This document shows positions 8,306-17,896 of a stretch of DNA of 64,000 nt, piece by piece. Under the pieces are notes generated by a model. The model was not told where the DNA came from, did no database searches, and worked only from the letters and a program-made list of their open reading frames with translations. This DNA is from a virus (taxonomy: Duplodnaviria > Caudoviricetes), in IMG/VR virus record IMGVR_UViG_3300044856_000241, positions 64,001-128,000 of that record; one strand, written 5' to 3'. How positions within the stretch are numbered: position 1 is the stretch's first letter; each line of letters starts with the position of its first letter. The translations under genes were made by a program, and so were the position numbers.

Positions 8306-8770
8306 CTACAGAGATTTTTTATAATCATCTACCACTTTTGATACCCATTTTATATACAAACGATACTTGGCAAGAAAATATCCATCAGCTACTGAAAATT
8401 TATCATCTTTGTAGCAACTGGAACGTGATCTGATTTGTCGATCGTTTTTCATTCTAACCTGCACACGTTTCTCATTATCTGTACGCCATTCCAATTCAAT
8501 CACATCAAAAATATCAGTAACAGGATTATAAAAACTAGTATCTGTTGGTTGCCACTTAGCCCACTCATGTTTCTTCTTCTCTACTTTATTGTCTGTCGAT
8601 ACTAACTCAAAATATTCTTCAAATTTTTCGTAAGACATAATTCCAACACCTTTATTATGTCTAAAATAAATTTCTCCTGTGGATAAAATATTGGCTACTT
8701 CACAAACTTCACCAATTTTTGTTAAAACACCAAAAGGTTTAACTAATCTAATTTTATCTCCTACAACCAT
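8306..8770 (-). CDS. hypothetical protein
   Basis: 154-aa ORF. Confidence 0.65.
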   Translation of the reverse strand: MVVGDKIRLVKPFGVLTKIGEVCEVANILSTGEIYFRHNKGVGIMSYEKFEEYFELVSTDNKVEKKKHEWAKWQPTDTSFYNPVTDIFDVIELEWRTDNEKRVQVRMKNDRQIRSRSSCYKDDKFSVADGYFLAKYRLYIKWVSKVVDDYKKSL

Positions 8771-9445
8771 TTACTTGTCCTCCATCTCTTTCTTTAACAT
8801 GTTCAGATCATTCTGATAAGAAGCAATCTGCTTCTCTAAATCTTTTATTCTCTGTCGCTTTGCTTCTTCTTCAATATGCGCCTTCAGTTCTAAATCATCT
8901 TTATAAAAAGCATCTTCAAAGTCCCAGTAATCATGCTCATCGCCATTCCATACACCATTATCTACGTCATAACACTTGTATACTGTTACCGCTGGTGCAT
9001 CCCAGTCACAACCATGCCCGCAACATTGATAATCCTCATTGTAGTCTTCATCTCCAGGCTGACATTCACAATAACCCAAATATCTCTCATCGTATGAAAA
9101 ATGGATTTCATAGTGATATTTTTTGAGTTCTGGGAAGATCATCTGCTCGTCTAACCAAACATCTTGGCGACGACTTGAATCATTTTCATCCCACAAGTTA
9201 ACGCTATAAATGTCACCATATTCATTCGGAACAATCTGATATGAATATTTATCTTTTATGTCATCAAAAAATTCTTTGTATTTCTCACCATGAAATTTAA
9301 ACTGGTTCCATAGAGCCGCTATGTAAAATGGAACAGGTGCTTCATATGTATTCGGATTTGATTTATTTACTTCGTTCCAGTCTGCTATTTCTCTAGCCAG
9401 ATTATCTAAGAATTTCTGACCAATTGCATTGCCACAATACTGCAT
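8771..9445 (-). CDS. hypothetical protein (Cys-rich cluster CEC..CCGHGC)
   Basis: Start refined to MQYCG with RBS AAAGGAG; the upstream part of the track ORF overlaps the ncRNA. Confidence 0.7.
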   Translation of the reverse strand: MQYCGNAIGQKFLDNLAREIADWNEVNKSNPNTYEAPVPFYIAALWNQFKFHGEKYKEFFDDIKDKYSYQIVPNEYGDIYSVNLWDENDSSRRQDVWLDEQMIFPELKKYHYEIHFSYDERYLGYCECQPGDEDYNEDYQCCGHGCDWDAPAVTVYKCYDVDNGVWNGDEHDYWDFEDAFYKDDLELKAHIEEEAKRQRIKDLEKQIASYQNDLNMLKKEMEDK

Positions 9446-9475
9446 ATTTTTATATTCTCCTTTGCAATTTGATAA

Positions 9476-9651
9476 AAATGCGGGTGTGGATTTGCACCAC
9501 ACATGAATGTTACCATTCTGATTGTCGGTTTCTAAGGATGAAGAACCATCGTGCTCCCAGTTAACATCCGGGTGCTATTCAGTCGTACAATTAAGTACAT
9601 TTCTCGCTTACTCGAAAACCAATCTATGTTTACCTATTCCATCACCGCATT
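9476..9651 (-). ncRNA. tRNA-like RNA (class II cloverleaf) with ~95-nt insertion in place of the anticodon loop
   Basis: AATGCGG/CCGCATT acceptor; ATG-GAATAGGTAAA-CAT D arm; GATTG/CAATC stem; GAATG-GTAA-CATTC variable arm; GTGTGG-TGCAAAT-CCACAC T arm. Confidence 0.75.
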
Positions 9652-9658
9652 GGATTAA

Positions 9659-10402
9659 TTATGCTTTATACTCAAAATACGGCATTGGCTGTACTTTGAA
9701 TAAATTCTTCTCATGCATATAATCAATCTTCTTTTTAATTTCAAGATCATCAATTTCACCTGTGCGAAGATAACGATCCAACACTGCATACGAGAATCCA
9801 AAATTCTCTTCGTCTGTTTTCCCGCATAAGCCATCTAAGGAAACTTTCTGTACAAGATGTTCTGGTAAATTAAGAACTTCTGCAATTGACCGAACTTCTG
9901 TTTTTGTAAACATTTGTAACGGAGAGAAGTCCCCTACGCTGTCCGCAAATCTGGTGTCATATCCCACGTATGTTTCTGAAAAATTACAAGTATTAGCAAC
10001 TCGTCCATTATGAGACTGTGAAACAGCATACAAGGTTGACATACGAATTCTTGCAGGAAGATTAATTTTTGTCTGCTCTGTAATATCAAAACCAGAATTA
10101 ATATGAATCCTATAAAGTAATCCACCTACTGTGTCTCCAATATTAACTACGCAGTAGTCAATACCAAGATGTTCACAAAGTTCATATGAATAATCAATGT
10201 CGCTCTGAGTACCCTGTGGCATCAATACACCATATACTCGATCAGCTCCAAGAGCCTCCACGCACAACGCCGCAACAGTAGATGAGTCGACTCCGCCACT
10301 AATCCCAACTATGGCGTTACATCCTTTACCATTGATTTCAAAAAATTCCTGTATCCACTCGACTAACTCATTTTTTACTTTTACTGCATCAAACTCAGCC
10401 AT
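9659..10402 (-). CDS. nadE: NH3-dependent NAD+ synthetase
   Basis: GISGGVDSS PP-loop, NLPARIRMSTLY, NFSETYVGY, DEENFGFSY. Confidence 0.95.
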   Translation of the reverse strand: MAEFDAVKVKNELVEWIQEFFEINGKGCNAIVGISGGVDSSTVAALCVEALGADRVYGVLMPQGTQSDIDYSYELCEHLGIDYCVVNIGDTVGGLLYRIHINSGFDITEQTKINLPARIRMSTLYAVSQSHNGRVANTCNFSETYVGYDTRFADSVGDFSPLQMFTKTEVRSIAEVLNLPEHLVQKVSLDGLCGKTDEENFGFSYAVLDRYLRTGEIDDLEIKKKIDYMHEKNLFKVQPMPYFEYKA

Positions 10403-10898
10403 TATCTAACCTCCATAATTCCACATTCTGATATTTAAAAATCTTATCAATCATCTGATACACTTCATCCCAATTAGCCCCGCCTCTACAACATCCAATC
10501 TTCCAAGGCATTGCAACTGTTGCTCCACAATTATTGTTTCTCTCGCATATTCTTCCGTTCATATGCTTGAAACACTTCTCAAGAGCATCTAAATCCGTAT
10601 ATAACTTTCCGTCATAGCCATAATTGTCCTGTGCGAACATGTTACAAATCCACTGCTCTGTATACGGTACTGCCAGACTTCCACAATCATATCCAAGATA
10701 CATTTCTTTCACAGGAACAATCTGAACCTGTCCAAGCATCTCAGGAGAGGCTACTTTACAATATTCTCTGTATACATGAGGAAATTTTTCTCTCACTTGT
10801 AAAGCAACTCCTGATCCCATACGTTTCTGACAATTAACCTGGTGGCAAATGAACTTTGCATCTGTTGTAAACAGGTCGCCATCAATCACTTTAATCAT
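10395..10898 (-). CDS. macrodomain (ADP-ribose processing) protein
   Basis: GDLF..CHQVNC..MGSGVA..MPWKIGC.RGGANW. Confidence 0.9.
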   Translation of the reverse strand: MIKVIDGDLFTTDAKFICHQVNCQKRMGSGVALQVREKFPHVYREYCKVASPEMLGQVQIVPVKEMYLGYDCGSLAVPYTEQWICNMFAQDNYGYDGKLYTDLDALEKCFKHMNGRICERNNNCGATVAMPWKIGCCRGGANWDEVYQMIDKIFKYQNVELWRLDNG

Positions 10899-12366
10899 TT
10901 ACGCCACCATTCAATCTTTCTCTGATCTCGCCAAAAGTCTGCTCTTTTACTAATTCTCCATCTTTGAAGACAAGTTTCAGTTCATTCTCTTCCGGAATAG
11001 TATCTTCTGTGTATCCGTCAGTGCACACAAACTTGTCTCCATCTTTGGTAATACAGCACAGACCTTTATGTGATTTCTTAAGATTATTTCTGTCTGTTTT
11101 CGGGTTCTTCTGAATCGTATATTCTTTACCATCAATAATACAGTAAGTACTCTTCATAGCGAATCCAAAAGTATCTCTAGTCAGACAAACCATTCCGTCC
11201 TCCGGAGTACACATTGCCGAGAATGAGAATGCACCAACACCAAACAGGATTGTATCGGCTGCAAATCCTAACTTCTCAAGTTCAGTCCAGATTTCTTTGA
11301 TTTTGCTGTACTGGCAACCATCACCGTAGATAATTCCAATCTTCGGATTCAGCTCTCTATATCCTTTAGAATTAACACTACCGCCAAAAATCTCATACAA
11401 TTTCTGTACAGTTTTTACAGAAATCTCAATAATATCTCCACTGTCAGGTCTCACAAGGAATTTACCATTATGTTCCTTAATCTCTTTTCTCAGCTTTGGA
11501 AGTGTTTCTTCAATAAGCTTCCAATAATCGAATGTATCAGACACATAGCTGAAAGAAGTATTCTTATATGTATCAGTCAGAAGTCTTCTTAATAAATTCT
11601 CCTCAGTCTCACATACGGCTAAGTTACTACATACTGTCGCATGTTCCAGACTGACTGCACCGATTCCAATATGATTCTTGGCACAATCAGCGTTATACAT
11701 CAGGTCTACATACTGTGTTGCAGGAATGGTTGAAGTCTTATCGAATGATAACAACCATGAAGAACTTGCATGGATACCATTCTCAATACCAAGACCTCTG
11801 AATCCGAAATCTGCCATAGCCATAGCAGGATTGGCACCATTTGTTGTTTTCTCGTAGAACTCATTTGCCAGTGTTCTATACTTATGTCCTACAGTTGCCC
11901 AGTTACACGTACCAAAAGTGAACGACTGAATTCCGCACTCTAACCATTGCACTACCCATGCGAAGTCTGGATGAGTATTTGTCATCTCAATACATGGAAT
12001 TCCCATATTTACTACAGATCCTTCCGGTAATGCTTTAATCTCTACTGGTAAATACTGTAAATCCCATAATTTCTCAATACGTCCAAGGTCATAACTCTGG
12101 GAACCAATCTGATTATCCAGATACTTTTTATACTCAGCAATTACTTCATCTTTTGGACGTTTAAAGAATGTATCATTTACCAGCTCAATCAGATACTCTT
12201 TGATAAATCCCTGAAGTCCAAAAAATACAACTTCATTCAGATTTTTAAACATAGACTTTCTCGGAGTAATATAAGAAGTCAGTTTTGTGAGTCCGTCCGG
12301 TAACGCATCCGGATTTGTATTTTTGTAAGTGTCAGCCATCAGCATAAAAGAAATATTTCTCATCAA
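10891..12366 (-). CDS. NAMPT/NadV-family phosphoribosyl/ADPR transferase (Namat-like) with Ser at the specificity position
   Basis: DTYK, DFGFRG, SLEH, VSDTFD, VRPDSGD, IIYGDG, RDTFGFAMK; FDKTST where NAMPT has GTDT. Confidence 0.9.
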   Translation of the reverse strand: MMRNISFMLMADTYKNTNPDALPDGLTKLTSYITPRKSMFKNLNEVVFFGLQGFIKEYLIELVNDTFFKRPKDEVIAEYKKYLDNQIGSQSYDLGRIEKLWDLQYLPVEIKALPEGSVVNMGIPCIEMTNTHPDFAWVVQWLECGIQSFTFGTCNWATVGHKYRTLANEFYEKTTNGANPAMAMADFGFRGLGIENGIHASSSWLLSFDKTSTIPATQYVDLMYNADCAKNHIGIGAVSLEHATVCSNLAVCETEENLLRRLLTDTYKNTSFSYVSDTFDYWKLIEETLPKLRKEIKEHNGKFLVRPDSGDIIEISVKTVQKLYEIFGGSVNSKGYRELNPKIGIIYGDGCQYSKIKEIWTELEKLGFAADTILFGVGAFSFSAMCTPEDGMVCLTRDTFGFAMKSTYCIIDGKEYTIQKNPKTDRNNLKKSHKGLCCITKDGDKFVCTDGYTEDTIPEENELKLVFKDGELVKEQTFGEIRERLNGGVND

Positions 12367-13292
12367 TACACCTCCATCACTTTGATCTTTTCATGTTTAC
12401 CTGTGAACAAACTATCTGTTGTAAACAGTCTCTCTACTGTATTATTCTCCAGGTCTTTGATCAAAGTTCCTTTTTCCTTATCAAGTACAGAATTCTCACA
12501 ATGAGTTGCATAAGCGTAAACTTTCTCTGGTTTGTAATTCATTAATTCTTGCACACCATAGTGTATTGAACCACCGTAACTAATAAGATCGTCAAGTACC
12601 AATACAATCTTGTTTTCCAGATTAATGCCATTTGTTCTAATATCAATTCCAAGAATCTTACCAGTCTCCCAATCACGTTTCTTCTCTCCATAGCAGTATC
12701 TAAACTGAGGGAACATGTCAGCATAACGTTTTGAAGCACTATAATCTGGGAAATACAGTACTAATTTAGAATCATCAAACACTGAATTTTCATAAGTGTC
12801 AGAAACTACATCATTTTTAATATCTGAGAATTCCGTAACTACTTCTTTTTCTATATTCTCGTTTCTAATTTCGTCAATTGCTTTCTGGATAAAATTCTTA
12901 GGAGATTTATTGATACAATTATTAAGAAGTGCTACAGATACATTGCTATGAGCATCCAGAATGAATACTCGTGAAAAATTAAGTGAATTGATTACATCAC
13001 AAAAATACTTAAGTGTGAATACTTCACAATCTCTTTTAGTTCTGTCCATCCGTCCATTTGGAATATAATCCATTGTCAATAAGTATGTAACATCTGCTAA
13101 ATTTGCATCCAGATGTTTTTTAATCATAGTCAGATACATCAACTCTGCATCATTTTCATATTTCCATCTGATATGTATATACGATGTTGATCCATCTGTG
13201 AAATCTGGAATATCATCAACATCCAGATTAATTCGTGGTGTTCCATCAGGATAATGTTCAATCTTTACTTCTAGTTCATTTACACTAATCAT
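12363..13292 (-). CDS. PRPP-synthetase-like protein (probable ADPR-PP synthetase, Adps-like)
   Basis: YPDGT, YIPNGRMDR, DAHS, FPDYSASKRY, KKRD, LDDLISYGGS, YATH; adjacent to the NAMPT homologue. Confidence 0.88.
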   Translation of the reverse strand: MISVNELEVKIEHYPDGTPRINLDVDDIPDFTDGSTSYIHIRWKYENDAELMYLTMIKKHLDANLADVTYLLTMDYIPNGRMDRTKRDCEVFTLKYFCDVINSLNFSRVFILDAHSNVSVALLNNCINKSPKNFIQKAIDEIRNENIEKEVVTEFSDIKNDVVSDTYENSVFDDSKLVLYFPDYSASKRYADMFPQFRYCYGEKKRDWETGKILGIDIRTNGINLENKIVLVLDDLISYGGSIHYGVQELMNYKPEKVYAYATHCENSVLDKEKGTLIKDLENNTVERLFTTDSLFTGKHEKIKVMEVY

Positions 13293-13969
13293 AAGCTATA
13301 TTCTTCCTCTCTAATTCTTTTATACTCTGTATATATTCTATTCTCACAATAATACAGATTGTAATCACACTGCTCGATATACCACCATAATTTCTGATGT
13401 CCAAGACGAAGGTAATCTTCCAAATAATGCTGTTCTTCGTAATTGTTGCCAACCATCTGACGGAAACTTAATTCATCAATATCAGAACTATTTTTCACAA
13501 ACAATGCAATATCCATAATGTCATTAATGCTATAATTTTCAGTTACAACAAATACAACTCTTACAATCTCTCTACCAGTTCTTTTAATATGGGAAAGTTG
13601 CTCATAACTATTCGCATGATATACAACACGATAACAATCATAAAATGGGAAAGATGTTTCATCTGTCATATAGCTTGTGTGCATTTCTACCGGAATTTGA
13701 CGTTCTTTATTGTTGCGATAAACATTACGTTTATGTACTATACTGAAAAATTTTCGATACCAATCAATATGTTTTTCATATTCATGAAGTGGATCCCCAC
13801 CTCCAGAAAGAGAGATAATATTGCAGTTATTTTCTTTTAACACATCTTCCAAACAATCCAGCCCACCAATTGTACTTTTTGGAATCTGGAGATTGTTGTT
13901 TGTCACAATACAATAAGGACATTTATAATGACAGCCAAAATTTGTAATTACACTCAAATATTTATCCAT
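13289..13969 (-). CDS. short radical SAM protein
   Basis: CHYKCPYC CxxxCxxC motif, SLSGGGDPL. Confidence 0.85.
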   Translation of the reverse strand: MDKYLSVITNFGCHYKCPYCIVTNNNLQIPKSTIGGLDCLEDVLKENNCNIISLSGGGDPLHEYEKHIDWYRKFFSIVHKRNVYRNNKERQIPVEMHTSYMTDETSFPFYDCYRVVYHANSYEQLSHIKRTGREIVRVVFVVTENYSINDIMDIALFVKNSSDIDELSFRQMVGNNYEEQHYLEDYLRLGHQKLWWYIEQCDYNLYYCENRIYTEYKRIREEEYSL

Positions 13970-13970
13970 C

Positions 13971-14471
13971 TTATTCTCCAATCACTGTAATCTGACAACT
14001 CTTCATAACTTCCATCGCTGCTCTGTGAGCCTGTGGTGTAGTTCCGGCACAACAACTTGCATCTACAATAATCTCCGCGAATGGATAAATTGTTTTAAGA
14101 ATCAGTGCATTTGTTACTACACAGATATTTGATACAAGTCCTACAATGTGAATTTCTTCAAACTGATTACAAAGCTCTCTCCAATGTCTCCATCCAAAGG
14201 TATTTTTATCAATATATCTACAATTTGGTTGTTCTAAGCCATCAACAATTTTCCATCCATCAGTATTTTCAATACAATGCGGAATCGGCAACTTCTTACC
14301 TTCAGGCGTGTTTAAATAATCTTCGTTGTGTGTATCTCTTGTAAAAATCAAATCTCCATCCCATTCTTCAATCTTCTTTTTAACTTTCGGGACGATTGCT
14401 CTAGCTTCAGGTGTCCCTAAGCAACCCGTCACAAAATCATTTTGCATGTCGATCACAATCAATAACTTCAT
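13971..14471 (-). CDS. pncA: nicotinamidase / isochorismatase-family cysteine hydrolase
   Basis: IDMQNDF, RDTH, PHC, K, GLVSNICV catalytic D-K-C triad. Confidence 0.88.
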   Translation of the reverse strand: MKLLIVIDMQNDFVTGCLGTPEARAIVPKVKKKIEEWDGDLIFTRDTHNEDYLNTPEGKKLPIPHCIENTDGWKIVDGLEQPNCRYIDKNTFGWRHWRELCNQFEEIHIVGLVSNICVVTNALILKTIYPFAEIIVDASCCAGTTPQAHRAAMEVMKSCQITVIGE

Positions 14472-14664
14472 TTTCCATCTCTCCTTTTTCATACTCATCC
14501 AACTTTGAATTCATCATATCCTGTTGAACCATGCTTCTATATAACCTATTCTCTTTACACCAATCACAACTTCCATGATTCCTGCATGTACTGTCAATAG
14601 CTTTACATCCGGTATACGGTTTTCTATACTCTTTCTTGTGTTTTATAGCTTTATCCAATGACAT
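14437..14664 (-). CDS. small Cys/His hypothetical phage protein
   Basis: CRNHGSCDWC; RBS GAGGTG. Confidence 0.7.
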   Translation of the reverse strand: MSLDKAIKHKKEYRKPYTGCKAIDSTCRNHGSCDWCKENRLYRSMVQQDMMNSKLDEYEKGEMENEVIDCDRHAK

Positions 14665-14676
14665 AACATCACCTCA

Positions 14677-14934
14677 CTATTCCGCATCAATTACTAATTC
14701 GTGATTCACTCCTTCGTATATTAATGCGTCTCCAATTTTAATGTCACTACCATCACTCGGATGTTCTACAATAATTATCGTATTCGGATTCACTTTCTTA
14801 TACCGATCCAGGCACTTGATTACATCACTTAGAGTAGAACCCCAGACACGTTTATCTTCTTTATAATATCGAATTGTATCTTCGTACAACTTCTTCATAT
14901 TTTCATATTTTTTCTTCGTTACTAATCCAAACAT
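14677..14934 (-). CDS. hypothetical protein
   Basis: ORF with RBS GGAG. Confidence 0.6.
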   Translation of the reverse strand: MFGLVTKKKYENMKKLYEDTIRYYKEDKRVWGSTLSDVIKCLDRYKKVNPNTIIIVEHPSDGSDIKIGDALIYEGVNHELVIDAE

Positions 14935-15177
14935 TTACATATTCTCCGTACTAAATCTTACAGAACGCTCATATGCATATTCTCTAATTGTGAGACTTTT
15001 CACCTATCAGCCAAAGACTGATGGGATTGCGAGCCTGATTTTTTCCTCAAGATTCTTAATAGAAATAGAACAATCACTCACTGCCTCGACTAATTCTTTC
15101 CTCTTCATATTTATATATTCTCCTTCTATATTTTTTAGAAATGAGCTGACTAGCTATGACACCAGCCAACTCTGAAA

Positions 15178-15270
15178 TTATTTATTCTTTTTTAACTTTC
15201 CTACGACAAAACCTGCTCCAAAACACGCACCAAAACAAATTAGGAAGATTCCGATATTTAATACGATCAT
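15178..15270 (-). CDS. 30-aa single-TM peptide
   Basis: MIVLNIGIFLICFGACFGAGFVVGKLKKNK; start overlaps the PspA stop; not in the track. Confidence 0.65.
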   Translation of the reverse strand: MIVLNIGIFLICFGACFGAGFVVGKLKKNK

Positions 15271-16019
15271 CACTTATTACCTCTCTGTCTCTTCATGTCA
15301 TCAAGAATCTGACGAGCATTACGTTCTCTTTCAGAATTAGCAAGTCTTCTTTCATTAGCCTGTGCACTAGAATCATATGCAATTCTACTTCCTTCGGCAC
15401 GTTCTCTAGTTTTTCTAGCCCCCTCACGGACTCTTTCAAGCATTCTATCACTCTCATTGTTTGTGTTGAGATTGTCCATGCTCTGATGAAGTTCAATAAT
15501 CTGACTATCTGCTTCCATTTGGAAAAGTACTTGTTCTTTTTCCTCTTTTAATTTCTGTAAATCTTCTGCTGCCTGATCACGAATTTCTTTCTGATGAGCC
15601 TGTGCTACTTTCATTTCTTCAATGGCATCTTTTAACACATTAATCTTATTCTCTAAAGTAGATTTCTTCATCGCATACTGCATTGCTTCATCTTCCTTAT
15701 TCTCATCAAGACAAGCATTAATCTGCTGTGTAACACGCATAATATCTTTGTTTGCTTGATACATATCTTTTTCTGCTGTATCACGTTTTCCAGAAATATC
15801 AGCATATGTAATAGAAGCTTTGTTATAGAAATCTTCTTTTTCTCTGATTGCAGCATTATAATAATCTCTTGCCCCTTCTGGAGTTTGCGCATCTTGGCGC
15901 ATTACTTCATCTGTTCTGCCACGAAGTTTTACACGAAGCTGTTTCCCAAATGGAGTAAAGAACAGAACTGCTGCAATTAAAATAATCGCCACAATCACAA
16001 TAAACATAAAATTTGTCAT
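15270..16019 (-). CDS. PspA/IM30-family coiled-coil protein with N-terminal TM anchor
   Basis: TM segment, then TPEG..YYNAAI, long coiled coil, ..DENKEDEAMQYA. Confidence 0.75.
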   Translation of the reverse strand: MTNFMFIVIVAIILIAAVLFFTPFGKQLRVKLRGRTDEVMRQDAQTPEGARDYYNAAIREKEDFYNKASITYADISGKRDTAEKDMYQANKDIMRVTQQINACLDENKEDEAMQYAMKKSTLENKINVLKDAIEEMKVAQAHQKEIRDQAAEDLQKLKEEKEQVLFQMEADSQIIELHQSMDNLNTNNESDRMLERVREGARKTRERAEGSRIAYDSSAQANERRLANSERERNARQILDDMKRQRGNK

Positions 16020-16028
16020 AAATTCCTC

Positions 16029-16610
16029 CTACTCTGCGTCAATTCCGTACTGATTGCAAAGTGCTTTTAATCCGCCGTTATAACCACTACCTACCGCTTT
16101 AAACTTCCATTCGCTGTTGTGTTTGTAAATTTCTGCCACGACTAAAGCTGTCTCAGTAGAAAAATCCTCACTTAAATCAAAACGGATAAGTTCTTCTCCT
16201 GTTTCTTCATCAACAACGTGAATATATGCGTTCCCAACCATACCAAAATTCTGGAGTCTGGTTTCAGCATCATAAATAGTTACCGTTACAGCAAGAGTCT
16301 CGTATCCTGATGGGATCTTATCAAGACTAATTTTGATAACTTCATCATCGCCCTCTCCTTCACCTGTACGATTATCTCCCATATGTTTTACGCTCTTGGA
16401 ACCGTGCTCAAGATTACCATAGAAGACAAAATCCTCATCTTTTCCTACTTTACCATTCTCTTTTGTCATAAATACAGAAGCGTCAAGATCAAAATCCGCT
16501 TCTCCGTCATAATGGTTAATATCCCATCCCAAACCAATAAGAATATTTTTTAGTGATGGTCTGCCTTTTGTTAAGTCCACTCTCTGTCCCTTACTTAATG
16601 AAACTGACAT
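16029..16610 (-). CDS. terD: TerD-family protein
   Basis: GLGWD, FDLDAS, GDNRTGEGEGDDE, EWKFKAVG. Confidence 0.95.
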   Translation of the reverse strand: MSVSLSKGQRVDLTKGRPSLKNILIGLGWDINHYDGEADFDLDASVFMTKENGKVGKDEDFVFYGNLEHGSKSVKHMGDNRTGEGEGDDEVIKISLDKIPSGYETLAVTVTIYDAETRLQNFGMVGNAYIHVVDEETGEELIRFDLSEDFSTETALVVAEIYKHNSEWKFKAVGSGYNGGLKALCNQYGIDAE

Positions 16611-16723
16611 ACTTCTTCTCCTTTATCATTGCTCTTAATAATATCTTTTGATACGGGAGTAGTTTAATTCCAAAAAATTCTTCTAAGAATTTATCTGGAC
16701 AAATCTCCCAGTATTTTATTACA

Positions 16724-17299
16724 TTATTTATATCTGTGGATAAGTTCGCTGATGCTTGAGTCATTTGTTCCCTGTCCAATTGCATTAAACTTCCATTCTC
16801 CATCTTTCTTATAAACCTCAGCAAATACCATTGCTGTTTTACCAGCATAATCATCTGAAAGGTTGTATTTACAGATTTCTTTGCCAGTGGATTCATCAAC
16901 AAGTCTGATATATGCGTTTTTAACCAGACCAAAATCCTGTTTTCTTGCAACACAGTTGTAGATATTTACAACAAATACAATTTTCTCAACCTTATCTGTG
17001 ATGTTGGCAAGATTAACTGTAATCTGTTCATCATCTCCATCTCCGTCACCAGTAAGATTGTCTCCGTGGTGATATACACATTTACCTTCTGCGGATCTGT
17101 CACCATAGTAAACACATGTACGATATTCACCGTCTTTACCTAAAATAATTGCAGATGCATCGCAATCAATATCCGGTTTGGAACCAAATAAACCTTTTTT
17201 AACAACGTCCCATCCAAGTCCTACCATAATTTTTGTAAGACCGCCTGTTACTTCCTTAGATAAATTAATTTTCTGTCCTTTTACTAAATTTACTGACAT
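16724..17299 (-). CDS. TerD-family protein (TerZ-like)
   Basis: GLGWD, IDCDAS, GDNLTGDGDGDDE, EWKFNAIG. Confidence 0.93.
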   Translation of the reverse strand: MSVNLVKGQKINLSKEVTGGLTKIMVGLGWDVVKKGLFGSKPDIDCDASAIILGKDGEYRTCVYYGDRSAEGKCVYHHGDNLTGDGDGDDEQITVNLANITDKVEKIVFVVNIYNCVARKQDFGLVKNAYIRLVDESTGKEICKYNLSDDYAGKTAMVFAEVYKKDGEWKFNAIGQGTNDSSISELIHRYK

Positions 17300-17317
17300 A
17301 TGTATATTCTCCTTTTC

Positions 17318-17896
17318 TTATAAATCAAGTCCAAAATTTCTGCCAATAGCAGCTAAACCACCATTATATCCAGAACCGACGGCATTGAATTTCCACTCAC
17401 CATTCTTACGATATAATTCACCAGCAATGACACCTGTTTCTAATGAAAAATCCTCGTTTAATTCATATTTGAAAAGTTCCTCATTTGTATCAGCGTTATA
17501 TGCTCTAATATAAGAATTGTCGACCATTCCAAAATTCTGTAAACGATTCTCTGCATCATAAATTGTTGCGGAAAAGCTAATTTTGGTAATATTGGACGGA
17601 ATTTTATTTAACTCTACAACCATTGTCTCATCGTCACCGCCCCCTTCTCCAGTTCTGTTATCGCCAGAATAGATTAATGCGCCGCTCGGATGCTGTGGCT
17701 GACCATAAAATACAAAATCCTGTTCTCCCGTTACTTTTCCTGAATCATCTGTGAAGAATGCTGACACATCCAGATCAAAATCTGCGTTACCATCGTATCT
17801 GTTTGTGTCCCATCCAAGACCAAATACAACTTTGTTTAACCCAGCGTTACCTTTTGTAAGGTCAATTTTCTGACCCTTTACTAAACTAATTGACAT
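17318..17896 (-). CDS. TerD/TerE-family protein
   Basis: GLGWD, FDLDVS, GDNRTGEGGGDDE, EWKFNAVG. Confidence 0.93.
   Translation of the reverse strand: MSISLVKGQKIDLTKGNAGLNKVVFGLGWDTNRYDGNADFDLDVSAFFTDDSGKVTGEQDFVFYGQPQHPSGALIYSGDNRTGEGGGDDETMVVELNKIPSNITKISFSATIYDAENRLQNFGMVDNSYIRAYNADTNEELFKYELNEDFSLETGVIAGELYRKNGEWKFNAVGSGYNGGLAAIGRNFGLDL

Noticed and set aside
9476-9651. tmRNA
   Set aside because: Has a D stem and long variable arm, lacks G3:U70, and is too short
16591-16953. ORF with a terminase-like snippet (PDKFLEEFFGIKLLPYQKILL)
   Set aside because: Mostly overlaps terD in another frame; the ~40-codon intergenic part has no start codon, so it is at most a remnant
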